Positions 35,660 through 46,562 of a DNA stretch of 64,000 nt are shown one piece after another. A program made the translations under genes and the position numbers. This DNA comes from an uncultured Armatimonadetes bacterium. GTDB taxonomy: Bacteria; Armatimonadota; Hebobacteria; Hebobacterales; Hebobacteraceae. The notes beneath the pieces are model-generated. The model had not been told where the DNA came from, ran no database searches, and was given only the letters and a program-made list of their open reading frames with translations. The stretch's first letter is position 1. The number at the start of each line of letters is the position of its first letter. The DNA lies in the NCBI GenBank assembly GCA_963716175.1, contig OY970296.1, positions 3,360,001 to 3,424,000 of the forward strand, in the 5' to 3' direction.

Positions 35660-36687
35660 GGGTCATCCGCGACCTGAAGCAGGTGTCAGTCCGCCGGCCG
35701 CTTTGCCTGGCCATGGGAGTGTTCGATGGGGTGCACCTGGGCCACCAGGCGATCATCTCGGAGGCGGTAGGCCTCGCCGCGGGCACCGGCGGACTGCCGG
35801 CGGTGCTGACCTTCGACCGGCATCCCATGGAGGTGCTATTGCCAGATGGCGCGCCGCCGCTGCTTACCACCACGGAGGAGAAGCTAGACCTGATCCGGGG
35901 CCTGGGCATACGGCTGGCCGTGGTGGCGAGATTCGATCGCCGGCTGGCGGAGACTCCGGCGGAGAAGTTCGTGGGCCGGGCCCTGGCGCAGCAGCTCAGG
36001 GCTCGCTGTCTGGTGGTGGGCGAGGACTGGCGCTTCGGCGCGGGGCGGGCCGGCACCACTGCTCTGCTGCGAAGGATGGCGCCGCAGTTGGGCTTCGAGG
36101 TGCGGGTGGTCCAACCAGTCGTGGTGAGGGGGCGGCGCGTGAGCAGCACGCGGATCCGCGCCCTGATCCTGCGGGGCCAGGTCGCCGCGGCCCGCGACTG
36201 CCTAGCTCGCCACTACCAGGTGTCGGGCCGGGTGGTGGTCGGGGAGGGCCGAGGCCGCGAGCTGGGCTATCCGACCGCGAATCTGGAGCCTCCGGCCGCC
36301 AAGCTGATCCCGCGAGACGGAGTCTACGCCTGCTGGGCCGGGCCGACGGCGGGCAGGCAGAGACAGGCCCGCCCTATAGGCGTTTGGCCGGCGGTGGCGA
36401 GCATCGGGGTGCGGCCAACGTTCGAGCGCCGCGGCGCGCGGCGGATAGAGGTGCACCTGCTGGAGGCGGATTCCTCTGGCGGGCATGGGCATGCCCGCCC
36501 TACAGCCGCGCGGCGCACCAGTCTGCCGGGCCGAGAGATGCGGGTGCTGTTCGTCCAGTGGCTGCGGGGCGAGGTCCACTTCGCCTCGCCTGAGGCTCTG
36601 GTGAAGCAAATGGGGCGGGATTGCGCGCGGGCGGGGAGAGTGCTGGCTTTACAGGCTCCTGCTGATGTGCTATCATCTGAGCGGTAG
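35656..36687 (+). CDS. ribF: Riboflavin kinase/FAD synthetase
   Basis: GVFDGVHLGHQ, VSSTRIR, GRELGYPTAN, GVRPTF and EVHLL. Confidence 0.95.
   Translation: MRVIRDLKQVSVRRPLCLAMGVFDGVHLGHQAIISEAVGLAAGTGGLPAVLTFDRHPMEVLLPDGAPPLLTTTEEKLDLIRGLGIRLAVVARFDRRLAETPAEKFVGRALAQQLRARCLVVGEDWRFGAGRAGTTALLRRMAPQLGFEVRVVQPVVVRGRRVSSTRIRALILRGQVAAARDCLARHYQVSGRVVVGEGRGRELGYPTANLEPPAAKLIPRDGVYACWAGPTAGRQRQARPIGVWPAVASIGVRPTFERRGARRIEVHLLEADSSGGHGHARPTAARRTSLPGREMRVLFVQWLRGEVHFASPEALVKQMGRDCARAGRVLALQAPADVLSSER
36348..36378. repeat. REP-like palindrome in frame inside ribF (copy 1)
   Basis: GGCGGGCAGGCAGAGACAGGCCCGCCCTATA. Confidence 0.7.
36478..36504. repeat. Perfect REP-like palindrome in frame inside ribF (copy 2)
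   Basis: GGCGGGCATG-GG-CATGCCCGCC-CTACA; encodes GGHGHARPT. Confidence 0.85.
36648..36676 (+). promoter_or_regulatory. rpsO promoter within the ribF 3' end
   Basis: TTTACA-17 nt-TATCAT with extended -10 TG. Confidence 0.65.
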
Positions 36688-36732
36688 TGAGAAGGAAGCC
36701 CTGAGTGGGTTGAGCTTTTCGGGAGGAGATCG

Positions 36733-37020
36733 GTGCCGCTGGTCAAGGACGTGAAGCAGAGCATCATGCTGGAGAACCGCGTGCACGAGAGCGATACCGG
36801 CTCGCCGGAGGTGCAGGTGGCTCTGCTGAGCGCCCGCATCAACCAGCTTCAGGAGCATCTGGCTCAGCATCAGCGAGATCATCACTCCCGGCGGGGGATG
36901 CTGATCATGATCGGGCGCAGGCAGCGCCTGCTGAACTACTTGAGCCGTACGGACATAACCCGCTACCGGGCCCTGGTGGGTAAGCTCGGGCTGCGGGATA
37001 AGACGAGAGCAAGAGGCTGA
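36733..37020 (+). CDS. rpsO: 30S ribosomal protein S15
   Basis: [12 protein letters not shown] and DHHSRRG...[10 protein letters not shown]. Confidence 0.97.
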   Translation: MPLVKDVKQSIMLENRVHESDTGSPEVQVALLSARINQLQEHLAQHQRDHHSRRGMLIMIGRRQRLLNYLSRTDITRYRALVGKLGLRDKTRARG

Positions 37021-37022
37021 AC

Positions 37023-37217
37023 GCGGGCCCGGGTTTCGGGCCCGCTGCCGTAAATAAGACTAGGGGAAACGCATCGGAAGCCAATAGCGGAGTCCGGCCT
37101 TATCAGGCTCTCTTCTTGCGGGGACGATCCTGAACCAATGTGTGCCGAGACGCACCGCCCGGCGTCAGGGGCCAGGGTGTCGGCAGACATCGGTGCAGGT
37201 GATGTTCCTAGCGGCAG
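37023..37217 (+). promoter_or_regulatory. rpsO 3' hairpin and long structured pnp leader
   Basis: GCGGGCCC/GGGCCCGC at 37023-37045; nested stems CTGCCG/CGGCAG, CTAGG/CCTAG and 37129-37148/37180-37199. Confidence 0.6.
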
Positions 37218-37276
37218 GGAAGTCGGCGGACCCCCTCGTGCTCTCCCGTGCGTTTGCCCCGGAAAAGGTAGCAACT

Positions 37277-39418
37277 GTGGCAATCGCAAGTCGTGACCTC
37301 GACGGGAAGACGGTCTCCGTCGAGACCGGAACCCTAGCCAAGCAGGCCGATGGGTCGGTCTGCGTGCGGGTGGGAGACACCATCACCCTGGTGACGGCCA
37401 CCATGGCCGCTCCCCGCGAGGGGATGGACTTCTTCCCCTTGCTGGTGGATTACGAGGAGAAGATGTACGCGGCCGGCAAGATCCCGGGAGTGCGGTACAT
37501 CCGCCGCGAGGGCCGGCCCAGCGAGAACGCGATCCTGACCGCGCGGCGCATTGACCGCACCATTCGCCCCCTTTTCCCGGAGGGCTTCCGCAACGATATC
37601 CAACTGGTGGCCACCGTGCTCTCGGCCGACCCGGACAACGCTGCGGACATGCCCGCCATGATCGGGGCCCTCGGCCGCCCTTTCCATCTCCCCGATTCCG
37701 TTCCAGGGGCCGGTGGGGGCAGTGCGGGTGGGGAGGCTGGAGGGGAAGATGGTGGTCAATCCCACCTACGCCGAGCGGGACCAGAGCGACTTGGACCTGA
37801 CAGTCGCGGTGAGCCCCAGCGGGGTGGTGATGCTGGAGGGGATGGCCGACGAGCTGCCCGAGGAAGTGCTGGTGGAGGCGGTTCGCTTCGCGCTGCCTTT
37901 CGCGGAAAGCCTGATGGAGATGCAGCGCGGCCTGGTGGCGGAGGCGGGGAAACCTAAGATCGAGTTCACCCCGCTGACGGTGGGAGATGACGTGCGGGCG
38001 GCCATCACCGGGTTCGCGGCGATCATCCGGGAGGCGATCCAGAACCCCGACAAGAAAGCGAGGGAGAACGCCACGGCGGAGGTGCTGGAGAAGCTGGCGG
38101 CCGATCTGGCGGAGCAGTTCCCGGAGCGCATGCCCGAGATCCGGCTCGCCATGGAGGACCAGACCTACCAGGAGCTGCGTCGGCTGATCCTGGACGAGGG
38201 ACGGAGGCCGGACGGCCGGGCGCCGGACGAGATCCGCCCGGTGTGGTGCGAGGTGAGCCTGCTGCCGCGAGCGCACGGGTCGGGGTTGTTCACCCGGGGC
38301 CAGACCCAGGTGATGTCAGTGGTGACACTGGGCGGAGTGGGGGATGAGCAGTTGATTGACGATCTCGGGGTGGTGGAGTCCAAGCGGTTCATGCACCACT
38401 ACAACTTCCCACCCTACAGTGTGGGTGAGGTGCGGCCTCTGCGGGGGCCGAGTCGGCGGGATATCGGGCACGGCTCGCTGGTCGAGAAGTCACTGCTGCC
38501 GCTGCTGCCGGAGGAGGAGAAGTTCCCCTACACCATCCGGGTGGTCTCGGAGGTGCTGGAGAGCAATGGCTCCAGCTCGATGGCGAGCGTATGCGGCAGC
38601 AGCCTGGCGCTGATGGACGCGGGTGTGCCCATCCGGGGGGCGGCGGCCGGCATCTCCATCGGCATGGTGAGTGACGAGCACCGCCATCAGCTGCTGACCG
38701 ACATCCAGGGGGTGGAGGACTTCAGCGGCGATATGGATTTCAAGGTCGCCGGTACGGGGCAAGGGGTGACCGGAATCCAGATGGACGTCAAGCTGAAGGG
38801 ACTGACGATAGACATCGTCGCCGAGGCCTTCGACCAGGCGCGCCGCGCGGGCTGAGCCTGCTGGATACCATGAGCAAGTGCATCGCCGAACCTCGGCCGG
38901 AGCTGGCGCCGCACGCGCCGCGGGTGTTCACGCTGCAGATTGATCCGGAGAAGATCGGGGATATCATCGGCCCAGGCGGCAAGGTCATCAAGAAGATGGA
39001 GGCGGATTTCGGAGTCGAGATTGACATCGAGCAGGACGGCCGGGTGTTCATCGCGGCCCCCGATCAGGCGTCCGGTGAACGCGCCTTGAAGGTGATTGAG
39101 GACATCACCCGGGATCTCAAGGTAGGTGAAATCTACACCGGCAGGGTAGTTCGGATTGTGCCCTTTGGGGCCTTCATCGAACTGCTGCCGGGCCGAGACG
39201 GGCTCCTGCACATCTCCCAGATTGCCCGAGAACGCATTGAGCGGGTCGAGGACGTGCTCAGGATGGGAGAAGAGGTGCAGGTGAAAGTGATCGAGATCGA
39301 CCCTCAGGGGAAGGTGCGGCTGAGCCGCAAGGACCTGCTGGCGCCCTCGGAAGGCGGCCAGGAGCCGCCAGCCAGGGAAGCGCCGAGTCGAGGTCCGCGC
39401 TGGCGGCCGCGGCGGTGA
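37277..39418 (+). CDS. pnp: Polyribonucleotide nucleotidyltransferase, with two apparent frameshifts (extra C at 37668-37670, missing base at 38849-38851)
   Basis: [54 protein letters not shown] and the KH and S1 domains are spread over three ORFs. Confidence 0.93.
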
Positions 39419-39475
39419 GCTGCGGCGCCCAACCGTTCTCCTCCCCCTCCGCCCCGGCAGGGTAGGCGGTGCGGC

Positions 39476-40750
39476 ATTTCCACGGCTGAGAGCGCGATCA
39501 GGCCGGTAACGGCTCTCCGGGGCGGGCCCCGGGCCGAGAAAAGCGTGTTGCCCAACGGCCTGCGGGTGCTCACGGAGCGCCTGGGCCATGTGGACTCAGT
39601 CTCGCTGGGGGTGTGGCTGGCGGCCGGGCTGAAGGACGAGCCCCCGGGCCAGGAGGGGATCAACCACTTCCTCGAACACATGTTGTTCAAAGGAACGCAC
39701 ACGCGCTCGGCCCTCCAGATCGCCCAGGCCAGCGACGACATCGGCGGGCAGGTGAACGGGTTCACCGAGCGCGAGTTCATGTATCTCTATGCCCGGACCA
39801 TCAGCGAGCAGGTGGAGGCGGGCCTGGAGCTGCTGTTCGACTTGCTGCTGCACCCGGTCTGCGCGCCGGAGGAGGTGAAGCGCGAGCAGGAGGTGGTGCT
39901 CCAGGAGATCCGTCATGTGGAGGACACCCCGGAGGACTGGGTGCACGATCTGCTGCTGGAGACGGCCTGGCCCAGTCACCCCCTGGGCCGCCAACTGATG
40001 GGGACTCCGGAGAGCGTGCTGGGGGTTGACCGCGAGCCGCTGCTCTCCCGATTGGCGGAGCTGCGGTATGCGGATCGCGTGATCGTTACGGCCGCGGGCG
40101 ACGTGGATCATGGGCGGGTGGTGGACCTGGTGGCTGACCTGGTTGAGGAGCTGGCGCCGGGACCTCCGGCAGTCTCCGAAGTGCCGCCCGCCTTCAAGCC
40201 TGACCACTTGCGTATCCCCCGGGCTACGGGCCAGGTGCATTTCGCCATGGGCACGCCTGGCTGCGGCCGGCGCGATGAAGCGCACCATGCCTACGCGGTG
40301 TTGGATGCCATTCTCGGGGGCGGGGCCAGCTCGCGGCTGTTCCAGCAGATCAGGGAGAACCGCGGACTGGCCTACAGCATCAGCTCCTACCTCCAGTCCT
40401 ACCGGTGGGCCGGGCTGTTCTCGATAGATGCGGGCACGGGCCCCAAGGACTTCGATCTGGTGATCGAGCTGATCGGGCAGGAGATCGAGCGGCTGCGGGA
40501 GGAAGGTCTCTCGCCGCCCGAGCTGGAGCGGGCCCGGACCCAACTGAAGGTGGCGATCGCGCTGGCTGCGGAGAGCACCAGCTTCCGCATGCAGCACCTG
40601 GCGGTCTCCGAGATGTACTGGGGCCGAGTGCTGTCCTTCGACGAGATCGCCGCAGGCGTGGAGGCGGTCACCGCCGAAGACGTGCACCGGCTGGCGGCGC
40701 AGGTTTTCACACCGGAGCGGCAGGCGCTGGTGGCGATCGGGCCTTTCTAG
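39476..40750 (+). CDS. M16 family zinc peptidase (YmxG-like); start uncertain (ATT 39476 or GTG 39545)
   Basis: HFLEHMLFKG (HxxEH) and SSRLFQQIRENRGLAYS. Confidence 0.9.
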   Translation: MSTAESAIRPVTALRGGPRAEKSVLPNGLRVLTERLGHVDSVSLGVWLAAGLKDEPPGQEGINHFLEHMLFKGTHTRSALQIAQASDDIGGQVNGFTEREFMYLYARTISEQVEAGLELLFDLLLHPVCAPEEVKREQEVVLQEIRHVEDTPEDWVHDLLLETAWPSHPLGRQLMGTPESVLGVDREPLLSRLAELRYADRVIVTAAGDVDHGRVVDLVADLVEELAPGPPAVSEVPPAFKPDHLRIPRATGQVHFAMGTPGCGRRDEAHHAYAVLDAILGGGASSRLFQQIRENRGLAYSISSYLQSYRWAGLFSIDAGTGPKDFDLVIELIGQEIERLREEGLSPPELERARTQLKVAIALAAESTSFRMQHLAVSEMYWGRVLSFDEIAAGVEAVTAEDVHRLAAQVFTPERQALVAIGPF

Positions 40751-40757
40751 GCGAAGC

Positions 40758-40816
40758 CACCGCAAAGGCGCAGAGAACGCGCAGGATTCCTTTGCGCCCT
40801 CAGCGTCTCTGCGGTG
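40758..40816. repeat. Inverted 9-mer array CACCGCAAAGGCGCAGAG...CTCAGCGTCTCTGCGGTG
   Basis: Imperfect long hairpin; a related arm occurs at 59709-59728. Confidence 0.65.
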
Positions 40817-40853
40817 AGCAGCCTTCCCGGTCAGCCCTTCAGGAGGTCTTCTC

Positions 40854-41645
40854 ATGCCGAGGATTCGCGTTCTGGTGATCGGGACCGCGGGCCGGATGGG
40901 CAGGGAGGTGGTGCGGGCGGTCTCCGCGCAGGGGGATATGTCGCTGGTGGCCGCGGTAGACCGATCCGGCGTAGGGAAGGACGCGGGTACGGTGGCCGGC
41001 CTGGACCCGATCGGTGTGACCATCGCCGGATCCGTGTCAGATGCGATTCAGCAGCAGTCGCCGGATGTCTCTGTGGATTTCAGTCTCCCGGGCGCAGTGA
41101 TGGACAACGCCCGTGCCGTGGTGGGGGCGAGGGTGGCCTGTGTGATCGGTGCTTCCGGGCTCACCGAGGATGACCTGGTAGAGCTGGCCGCCCTGTGCGA
41201 GCAGCACAAGACGCCGGCCTTCTACACCCCGAACTTCGCCATTGGTGCGGTGTTGATGATGCAGTTCGCCGCTCAGGCGGCGCGCTATATGGATGCCGTG
41301 GAGATCATCGAGCTGCACCACGCCACCAAGCTGGATTCGCCTTCGGCGACGGCTGCACGCACCGCCCGCCTGATGGCCGAGCAGGCCGGGAGCAAGGTCG
41401 CTCCTCATCCCTCCGGCGACCACGGGCCCGCCCGCGGCACCGCGGTCGAGGGCATTCCGATCCACAGCGTGCGCCTGCCCGGCCTGGTCGCTCACCAGGA
41501 GGTCATCTTCGGCGGCCTGGGGCAGACCCTCACCATCCGGCACGACTCGACCGGGCGGGACTCTTTCATGCCGGGCGTGCTGCTGGCCATTCGGAAGATT
41601 CGGTCACTGACCGGGCTGACGGTGGGGTTGGAGAAGCTGTTGTAA
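40854..41645 (+). CDS. dapB: 4-hydroxy-tetrahydrodipicolinate reductase
   Basis: GTAGRMG, PNFAIG, ELHHATKLDSPSATA and HSVRLPG. Confidence 0.95.
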   Translation: MPRIRVLVIGTAGRMGREVVRAVSAQGDMSLVAAVDRSGVGKDAGTVAGLDPIGVTIAGSVSDAIQQQSPDVSVDFSLPGAVMDNARAVVGARVACVIGASGLTEDDLVELAALCEQHKTPAFYTPNFAIGAVLMMQFAAQAARYMDAVEIIELHHATKLDSPSATAARTARLMAEQAGSKVAPHPSGDHGPARGTAVEGIPIHSVRLPGLVAHQEVIFGGLGQTLTIRHDSTGRDSFMPGVLLAIRKIRSLTGLTVGLEKLL

Positions 41646-41692
41646 CGAATCGGCAGAAGACACGCTCTCCTGCCGTACGAGCGCTGGGGGCT

Positions 41693-41980
41693 CTACATGA
41701 TGATCACCACTGAGGCGCAGGGCAGAAGTGAGGCAGCGAGAGCTGCCACACCCAGCCACCACGGCCCTTTCCTAATGGCGAGGAGGGACAAGACGAGTGC
41801 CGAGATCGCCGCGAGATCAGACGTGAGCTTCAGCAGATCGATCACGCCAGGGTGCTCTTGACGGAACGGAGACCAATGGAGCTTGGCGTACAGGCCGAAG
41901 CAGAGCCACGAGTTCGCGGAGAGCAGAATGCTGACCACGGCGTACTGCCACCCGCCTCTTCGCAGGACGGCTCGGAGCAA
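41693..41980 (-). CDS. Small hypothetical membrane protein (3 TM)
   Basis: TTG start after AGGAG; hydrophobic segments. Confidence 0.45.
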   Translation of the reverse strand: MLRAVLRRGGWQYAVVSILLSANSWLCFGLYAKLHWSPFRQEHPGVIDLLKLTSDLAAISALVLSLLAIRKGPWWLGVAALAASLLPCASVVIIM

Positions 41981-42004
41981 CCTCGCACTCTCCTAAGGAA
42001 GCAG

Positions 42005-42039
42005 AAGCGCGGGCCCGCGAGAGAAGCGGGCCCGCGCTT
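42005..42039 (-). terminator. Intrinsic terminator after spoVS
   Basis: 14-bp stem AAGCGCGGGCCCGC/GCGGGCCCGCGCTT. Confidence 0.7.
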
Positions 42040-42054
42040 TCCAATGACTGCGAG

Positions 42055-42321
42055 CTACCTTTGCAGGGGCTCGACCATCAGGCGGATGGCGGTGCGCTCC
42101 TGGCCGTCCACGGTGATGTCGGCGAAGGCGGGACGACAGATGAGGTCAACCCCAGAGGGGGCCATGAACCCCCGCGCGATGGCAACGGCCTTTACCGCCT
42201 GGTTGAGCGCTCCAGCGCCGATGGTCTGCAGCTCGGCCGCGCCCTTCTCCCTGATCACGCCCGCCAGGGCGCCGGCCACCGCGTTCGGATTCGATTTGGT
42301 TGAGACGCGCAGGACCTCCAT
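42055..42321 (-). CDS. spoVS: Stage V sporulation protein S family
   Basis: MEVLRVSTKSNPNAVAGALAG and IGAGALNQAVKAVAIARG. Confidence 0.96.
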   Translation of the reverse strand: MEVLRVSTKSNPNAVAGALAGVIREKGAAELQTIGAGALNQAVKAVAIARGFMAPSGVDLICRPAFADITVDGQERTAIRLMVEPLQR

Positions 42322-42471
42322 GCCAGGATCCTCCCGCCGCTGTTGATTCGATTCCACCTGCCAGCTTCGCTGCTAAGAGGCCCCTCGTCGGGACCTCGAC
42401 GTGATGATCGCGCTGTGATCTGATCTATCGCCCGTATCGCGTTCTTGCCACGTACCGCACCGCGCGTGCAT

Positions 42472-43257
42472 TCAGCCAGTGATGTATTCTACCACACGTT
42501 GGACTGAGTTAGCAGCCCCTGTTGCCGGATCGGTAGTTATCACGACCCCACTGAGCACCAGGGGCCCGGAGGCCAGCTCGAAGCGAGCCGGTATTCCAGT
42601 AAGGAAGCGCTGGATCACCGGATCGGCCTTCACCCCCAGAATGGAGTCCCGAGGTCCGGTCATGCCGACATCGGTGATGTAGGCGGTGCCCTTGGGCAGC
42701 ACGCGTTCATCCGCAGTCTGCACGTGGGTGTGCGTGCCGATGACAGCGCTTACCCGACCATCGAGGTAGTAGCCCATGGCAAGCTTCTCGCTGGTTGCCT
42801 CGGCATGGATGTCCACCAGGATGACACGAGTTCTCTCACGCAGGGCCTCGATCTCCTTATCTGCGGCGCGAAATGGACAATCAATCGGCTCCATGAAGGT
42901 GCGGCCCTGCAGGTTCAGCACTCCCACAGGATCGTTGTTCCGTGTGGTGAACACATCCGCGCCCCTGCCGGGCGCGCCCGGTGGGAAATTGGCCGGTCGG
43001 AGGACACGCCGCTCCGCCGCGAGGTAGGTGACCGCGTCTCGCTGCCGCCAGACGTGGTTCCCGGTGGTGAGAATATCTACGCCGGCTTGCAGCAGTTCCT
43101 CCCCGACGGCGGCGGTGATGCCCAGACCGCCGGCGCCATTCTCCCCGTTGGCGAGGGTGAGATCAATCCGGAAGCGGCGCACCAGATCCGGAAGGCAGGC
43201 CCTGACGGCATCTCGGCCCGGCCGCCCCACGACATCGCCGATGAAGAGCAGGTTCAA
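42472..43257 (-). CDS. ymdB: YmdB family 2',3'-cyclic nucleotide phosphodiesterase
   Basis: GDVVGRPG, NGEN, TGNH, DIHAEATSEK and GTHTHVQTAD. Confidence 0.94.
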   Translation of the reverse strand: MNLLFIGDVVGRPGRDAVRACLPDLVRRFRIDLTLANGENGAGGLGITAAVGEELLQAGVDILTTGNHVWRQRDAVTYLAAERRVLRPANFPPGAPGRGADVFTTRNNDPVGVLNLQGRTFMEPIDCPFRAADKEIEALRERTRVILVDIHAEATSEKLAMGYYLDGRVSAVIGTHTHVQTADERVLPKGTAYITDVGMTGPRDSILGVKADPVIQRFLTGIPARFELASGPLVLSGVVITTDPATGAANSVQRVVEYITG

Positions 43258-43281
43258 GGTCCGCCCTCGCCCGGCCCGGGC

Positions 43282-44826
43282 TCACTTGGCATATTCGACG
43301 GCCCGAGTCTCGCGGATCACGGTCACCTTGATCTGGCCGGGGTATTCCAGGTCAGATTCCTGAATCTTATCGGCGATCTCCTTGGCCAAGGCGACGGCCA
43401 TGACGTCGTCCACCTGGTCGGGCTTGACCAGGATCCTCACCTCCCGACCGGCCTGGATGGCGAAGCAACGTTCCACGCCCTGGCAGGACTGGGCAATCTT
43501 CTCCAGGCGGTCCAGCCGCTTGATGTAGCCCTCCAGGGTCTCCCGGCGCGCGCCCGGGCGGGCGGCGGAGATGCTGTCCGCGGCATACACCAGGACCGCC
43601 TCCACGGTGTGGAAGGGCTCCTCCTCGTGGTGGGCGGCGATGGCGTGGAGCACCTCGGCGCTCTCCCGGTAGCGGCGGGCGAGGTCCAGGCCGATGGCGG
43701 TGTGTGTGCCCTCCATCTCGAAGTCCACCGCCTTGCCGATGTCGTGGAGCAGGCCGGCGCGGCGCGCGATGGCCTCGTTCACGCGCAGCTCGGCGGCCAT
43801 GATCCCGGCGATGTTGGCGACCTCGATGGAGTGGTCGAGGGCGTTCTGGCCCAGGGTGGTGCGGAACTTCATCTTCCCTAGCAGCCGCACCAGCTCGGGG
43901 TGCAGGCCGGTGACCCCGGTGCGGAAGGTGGCCTGATCGCCTGCCTCCTGGATGCGCTCCTCCATGAGAGAGCGGGCCTTCTCCACCGCGTCCTCGATGC
44001 GCCCAGGGTGGATGCGGCCGTCGCTGATCAGGGTCTCGAGGGCGATACGGGCCGTCTCGCGGCGCACCGGGTCGAAGGTGGAGATCACCACCGCCTCCGG
44101 GGTGTCGTCTATGATCAGATCCACCCCGGTGAGCTGCTCGAAGGTGCGGATGTTGCGGCCCTCCCGGCCGATGATCCGTCCCTTCATCTCGTCGTTGGGT
44201 AGGGCCACTGCGGCCACGGTGGTCTCGGCCACCTGGTCCACGGCGCAGCGCTGGATGGCGAGCGAGATGATCTCCCTCGCCCTGCGGTCGGCCTCTCGCT
44301 TGGTCTCCTCCTCAATCTGCTCGAGCAGCATGGCGCTCTCGTGGCGGGCTTCCTGCTCGGCCTCCGCGAGCACCATGCGCCGCGCCTCCTCACTGCTGAG
44401 GCCGGCGGCCCGCTCCAGCTCCTCCCGCCAGCGCAGGCGCTCCTTGTCGGCGAGATCGCGGAGGCGGGACACCTCCTGCTCCTTGTCCTCGACGGAGCGC
44501 TCGCGTTTCTCCAGGGCCTCGCCGCGGCGCTCCAGGCTCTCCTCCCGCTGGCTGACCCTGCGCTCGGTGCGCTGCAGCTCCTGCCGGCGATCTCGGTTCT
44601 CCCGCTCGATCTCCTTCCGCAGTCGGTGCCCCTCATCCCTGGCCTCCAGCAGGGCTTCCTTGCGCTTGGCCTCGATTTCGCTATGGGCCTGCTCTAGCTC
44701 TCGCTGCGCCTGAGTAAGGCCGCGCTTGCGGGACTGATGGAAGCGGACGACCAGGAGAAAGGCGACGATGAATAAGACGACTTCTCCGGTGAATCCAACC
44801 AGCAGCAATCTCAAATCGTGAGCCAC
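43282..44826 (-). CDS. rny: Ribonuclease Y
   Basis: TM helix and coiled coil, KH domain ([14 protein letters not shown]) and HD motif (LLHDIGK). Confidence 0.97.
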   Translation of the reverse strand: MAHDLRLLLVGFTGEVVLFIVAFLLVVRFHQSRKRGLTQAQRELEQAHSEIEAKRKEALLEARDEGHRLRKEIERENRDRRQELQRTERRVSQREESLERRGEALEKRERSVEDKEQEVSRLRDLADKERLRWREELERAAGLSSEEARRMVLAEAEQEARHESAMLLEQIEEETKREADRRAREIISLAIQRCAVDQVAETTVAAVALPNDEMKGRIIGREGRNIRTFEQLTGVDLIIDDTPEAVVISTFDPVRRETARIALETLISDGRIHPGRIEDAVEKARSLMEERIQEAGDQATFRTGVTGLHPELVRLLGKMKFRTTLGQNALDHSIEVANIAGIMAAELRVNEAIARRAGLLHDIGKAVDFEMEGTHTAIGLDLARRYRESAEVLHAIAAHHEEEPFHTVEAVLVYAADSISAARPGARRETLEGYIKRLDRLEKIAQSCQGVERCFAIQAGREVRILVKPDQVDDVMAVALAKEIADKIQESDLEYPGQIKVTVIRETRAVEYAK

Positions 44827-45028
44827 TTGTGCCCACTCCCTTCTGATGACGGGGTCCCCGCCGGCGCGCAGCCCGGGCCACGCCGCCTAACGGTCCGCCG
44901 CAGGCGGACCAGCACCAGGCAGGACCACGAGATTGTTTGCGTCCAGTTAACCTGCGCGGCAGCCGCCCCGGGATGGGCCCGCCAGAGATTGTCCGGGCGC
45001 AACTGCGAGCGCAGCAGAATGGCATCTA

Positions 45029-45523
45029 TCAGTCCTTCCCCTCGGATATGATGCGTCGCATCACCGTGTCCACGGTGTCGAAGCCGAATCCCCTCCCCAA
45101 CAGCAACCGCCGCAGACGGGCCAGGCTCTTTCGGTCCAACGGTTCTTCTCTGAGCCGCCGCCGGGCCAGTGCCAGCGCCTGCGCGATCTCCATCTCGTCA
45201 CTCGTGCCCTCTTCCACGGCGGGGGCGATCAGGTCCTCCGCGATGCCCTTGCGCCGCAGCTCCCAGCGGAGCTTCTCCCGGCCCGCGCCGCCCGCGGCCC
45301 GGCGGCTCGCCACCCAGGCGCGGGCGAACTCGGCATCGTCCACCAGCCCGGCCGCGTCCAGGTCGGCCAGCACGCGCGCGATCACCTCGCGCTCAAACCC
45401 GGCGCCGCTCAGGCGCTGCCGCAGTTCCGCCGCCGACCGGGCACGCCGCGCGAGGAGGCGCAGGCACTTCTCCCGCGCCGCCTCCTGTGCGTCAACCACC
45501 GGAGAGCTAGCCTTGCTCTTCAT
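45029..45523 (-). CDS. recX: Regulatory protein RecX
   Basis: [21 protein letters not shown] and ELRRKGI; directly downstream of recA. Confidence 0.9.
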   Translation of the reverse strand: MKSKASSPVVDAQEAAREKCLRLLARRARSAAELRQRLSGAGFEREVIARVLADLDAAGLVDDAEFARAWVASRRAAGGAGREKLRWELRRKGIAEDLIAPAVEEGTSDEMEIAQALALARRRLREEPLDRKSLARLRRLLLGRGFGFDTVDTVMRRIISEGKD

Positions 45524-46562
45524 CGCTATCCGCCGATGGCACCAGCGGCGTCAGACCGAGCCGCCGCCGAATCTCGGCTTCGATGCCGTCGGCGATGTCG
45601 GTGTTCTCCTCCAGAAAAGCGCGGGCGTTCTCCCGCCCCTGGCCCAGTCGGTTGTCGCCGGAGGTGAAGAACGCGCCGGCCTTGGTGATCACGCCCATCT
45701 CGGTACCTACGTCGAGCAGCTCTCCCCCGCGGGAGATGCCATGCCCGTAGATGATATCGAACTCGGTCTGGCGGAAGGGCGGGGCCACGCTGTTCTTGAT
45801 GACCTTGGCCCGGGACCGCCCGCCGATGATCTCGTTGCCTTTCTTGAGAGATTCCACTCGCCGGAGCTCGATTCTCACAGAGGCCCAGAACTTGAGGGCG
45901 CGGCCGCCTGGGGTGACCTCGGGGTTGCCGAACATGACCCCGATCTTCTCCCTGATCTGGTTGAGGAAGATGCCCACGGTGTCGGACTGGCGAATGGAAT
46001 GCGCCACCTTGCGCAGGGCCTTGGACATGAGGCGAGCCTGGAGGCCCACATGGGAGTCCGCCATTTCGCCCTCCAGCTCGGCGCGAGGGACGAGGGCGGC
46101 TACCGAGTCCACCACGAAGACGTCGAGGCCGCCGCTGCGGACCAGAATGTCGGCTATGTCCAGGGCCTGCTCTCCCGTCTGAGGCTGGGAGATGAGCAGC
46201 CCGTCCAGATCCACTCCCACCGCCTTGGCGTAGCTGGGATCCATGCGCTGCTCGGCGTCAATATAGGCAGCAGTGCCGCCCGCACGCTGGGCCTCGGCGA
46301 TGATGTGATAGGCGAGGGTGGTCTTGCCCGATCCCTCGTTGCCGTAGATCTCGGTGACGAGGCCCCGCGGGATTCCGCCCACGCCCAGAGCAATATCGAG
46401 GCCGAGCGCGCCGGTGGGAACGACGTTGACCTTCAGGTGCTGCGAGGATCCCAGGCGCATGATCGCGCCCTTGCCGTGCTGCCGCTCGATCTGGGTCATC
46501 GCCAGGTCTATCGCCTTTGCTTTGTCTTCGGTCTTCCTCTCCGCGCCCTTCTCAACCATCAC
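45507..46562 (-). CDS. recA: Recombinase A
   Basis: [32 protein letters not shown] and PGGRALKF. Confidence 0.97.
   Translation of the reverse strand: MMVEKGAERKTEDKAKAIDLAMTQIERQHGKGAIMRLGSSQHLKVNVVPTGALGLDIALGVGGIPRGLVTEIYGNEGSGKTTLAYHIIAEAQRAGGTAAYIDAEQRMDPSYAKAVGVDLDGLLISQPQTGEQALDIADILVRSGGLDVFVVDSVAALVPRAELEGEMADSHVGLQARLMSKALRKVAHSIRQSDTVGIFLNQIREKIGVMFGNPEVTPGGRALKFWASVRIELRRVESLKKGNEIIGGRSRAKVIKNSVAPPFRQTEFDIIYGHGISRGGELLDVGTEMGVITKAGAFFTSGDNRLGQGRENARAFLEENTDIADGIEAEIRRRLGLTPLVPSADSDEEQG

Noticed and set aside
36688-36732. S15 autoregulatory leader upstream of rpsO
   Set aside because: A weak hairpin is present, but I cannot match it to a known leader without a covariance search.
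37277-39418. pnp, tgt, thpR and lepB as pseudogenes or programmed frameshifts
   Set aside because: Each has single indels in short homopolymers, no other decay and no slippery heptamer with a stimulator; sequencing error is more parsimonious.
42055-42373. spoVS and a SigH-like promoter (…ATCGAAT at 42346-42352, minus strand) as evidence of sporulation
   Set aside because: spoVS occurs in non-sporulating phyla, and the -35 part matches the SigH consensus poorly.
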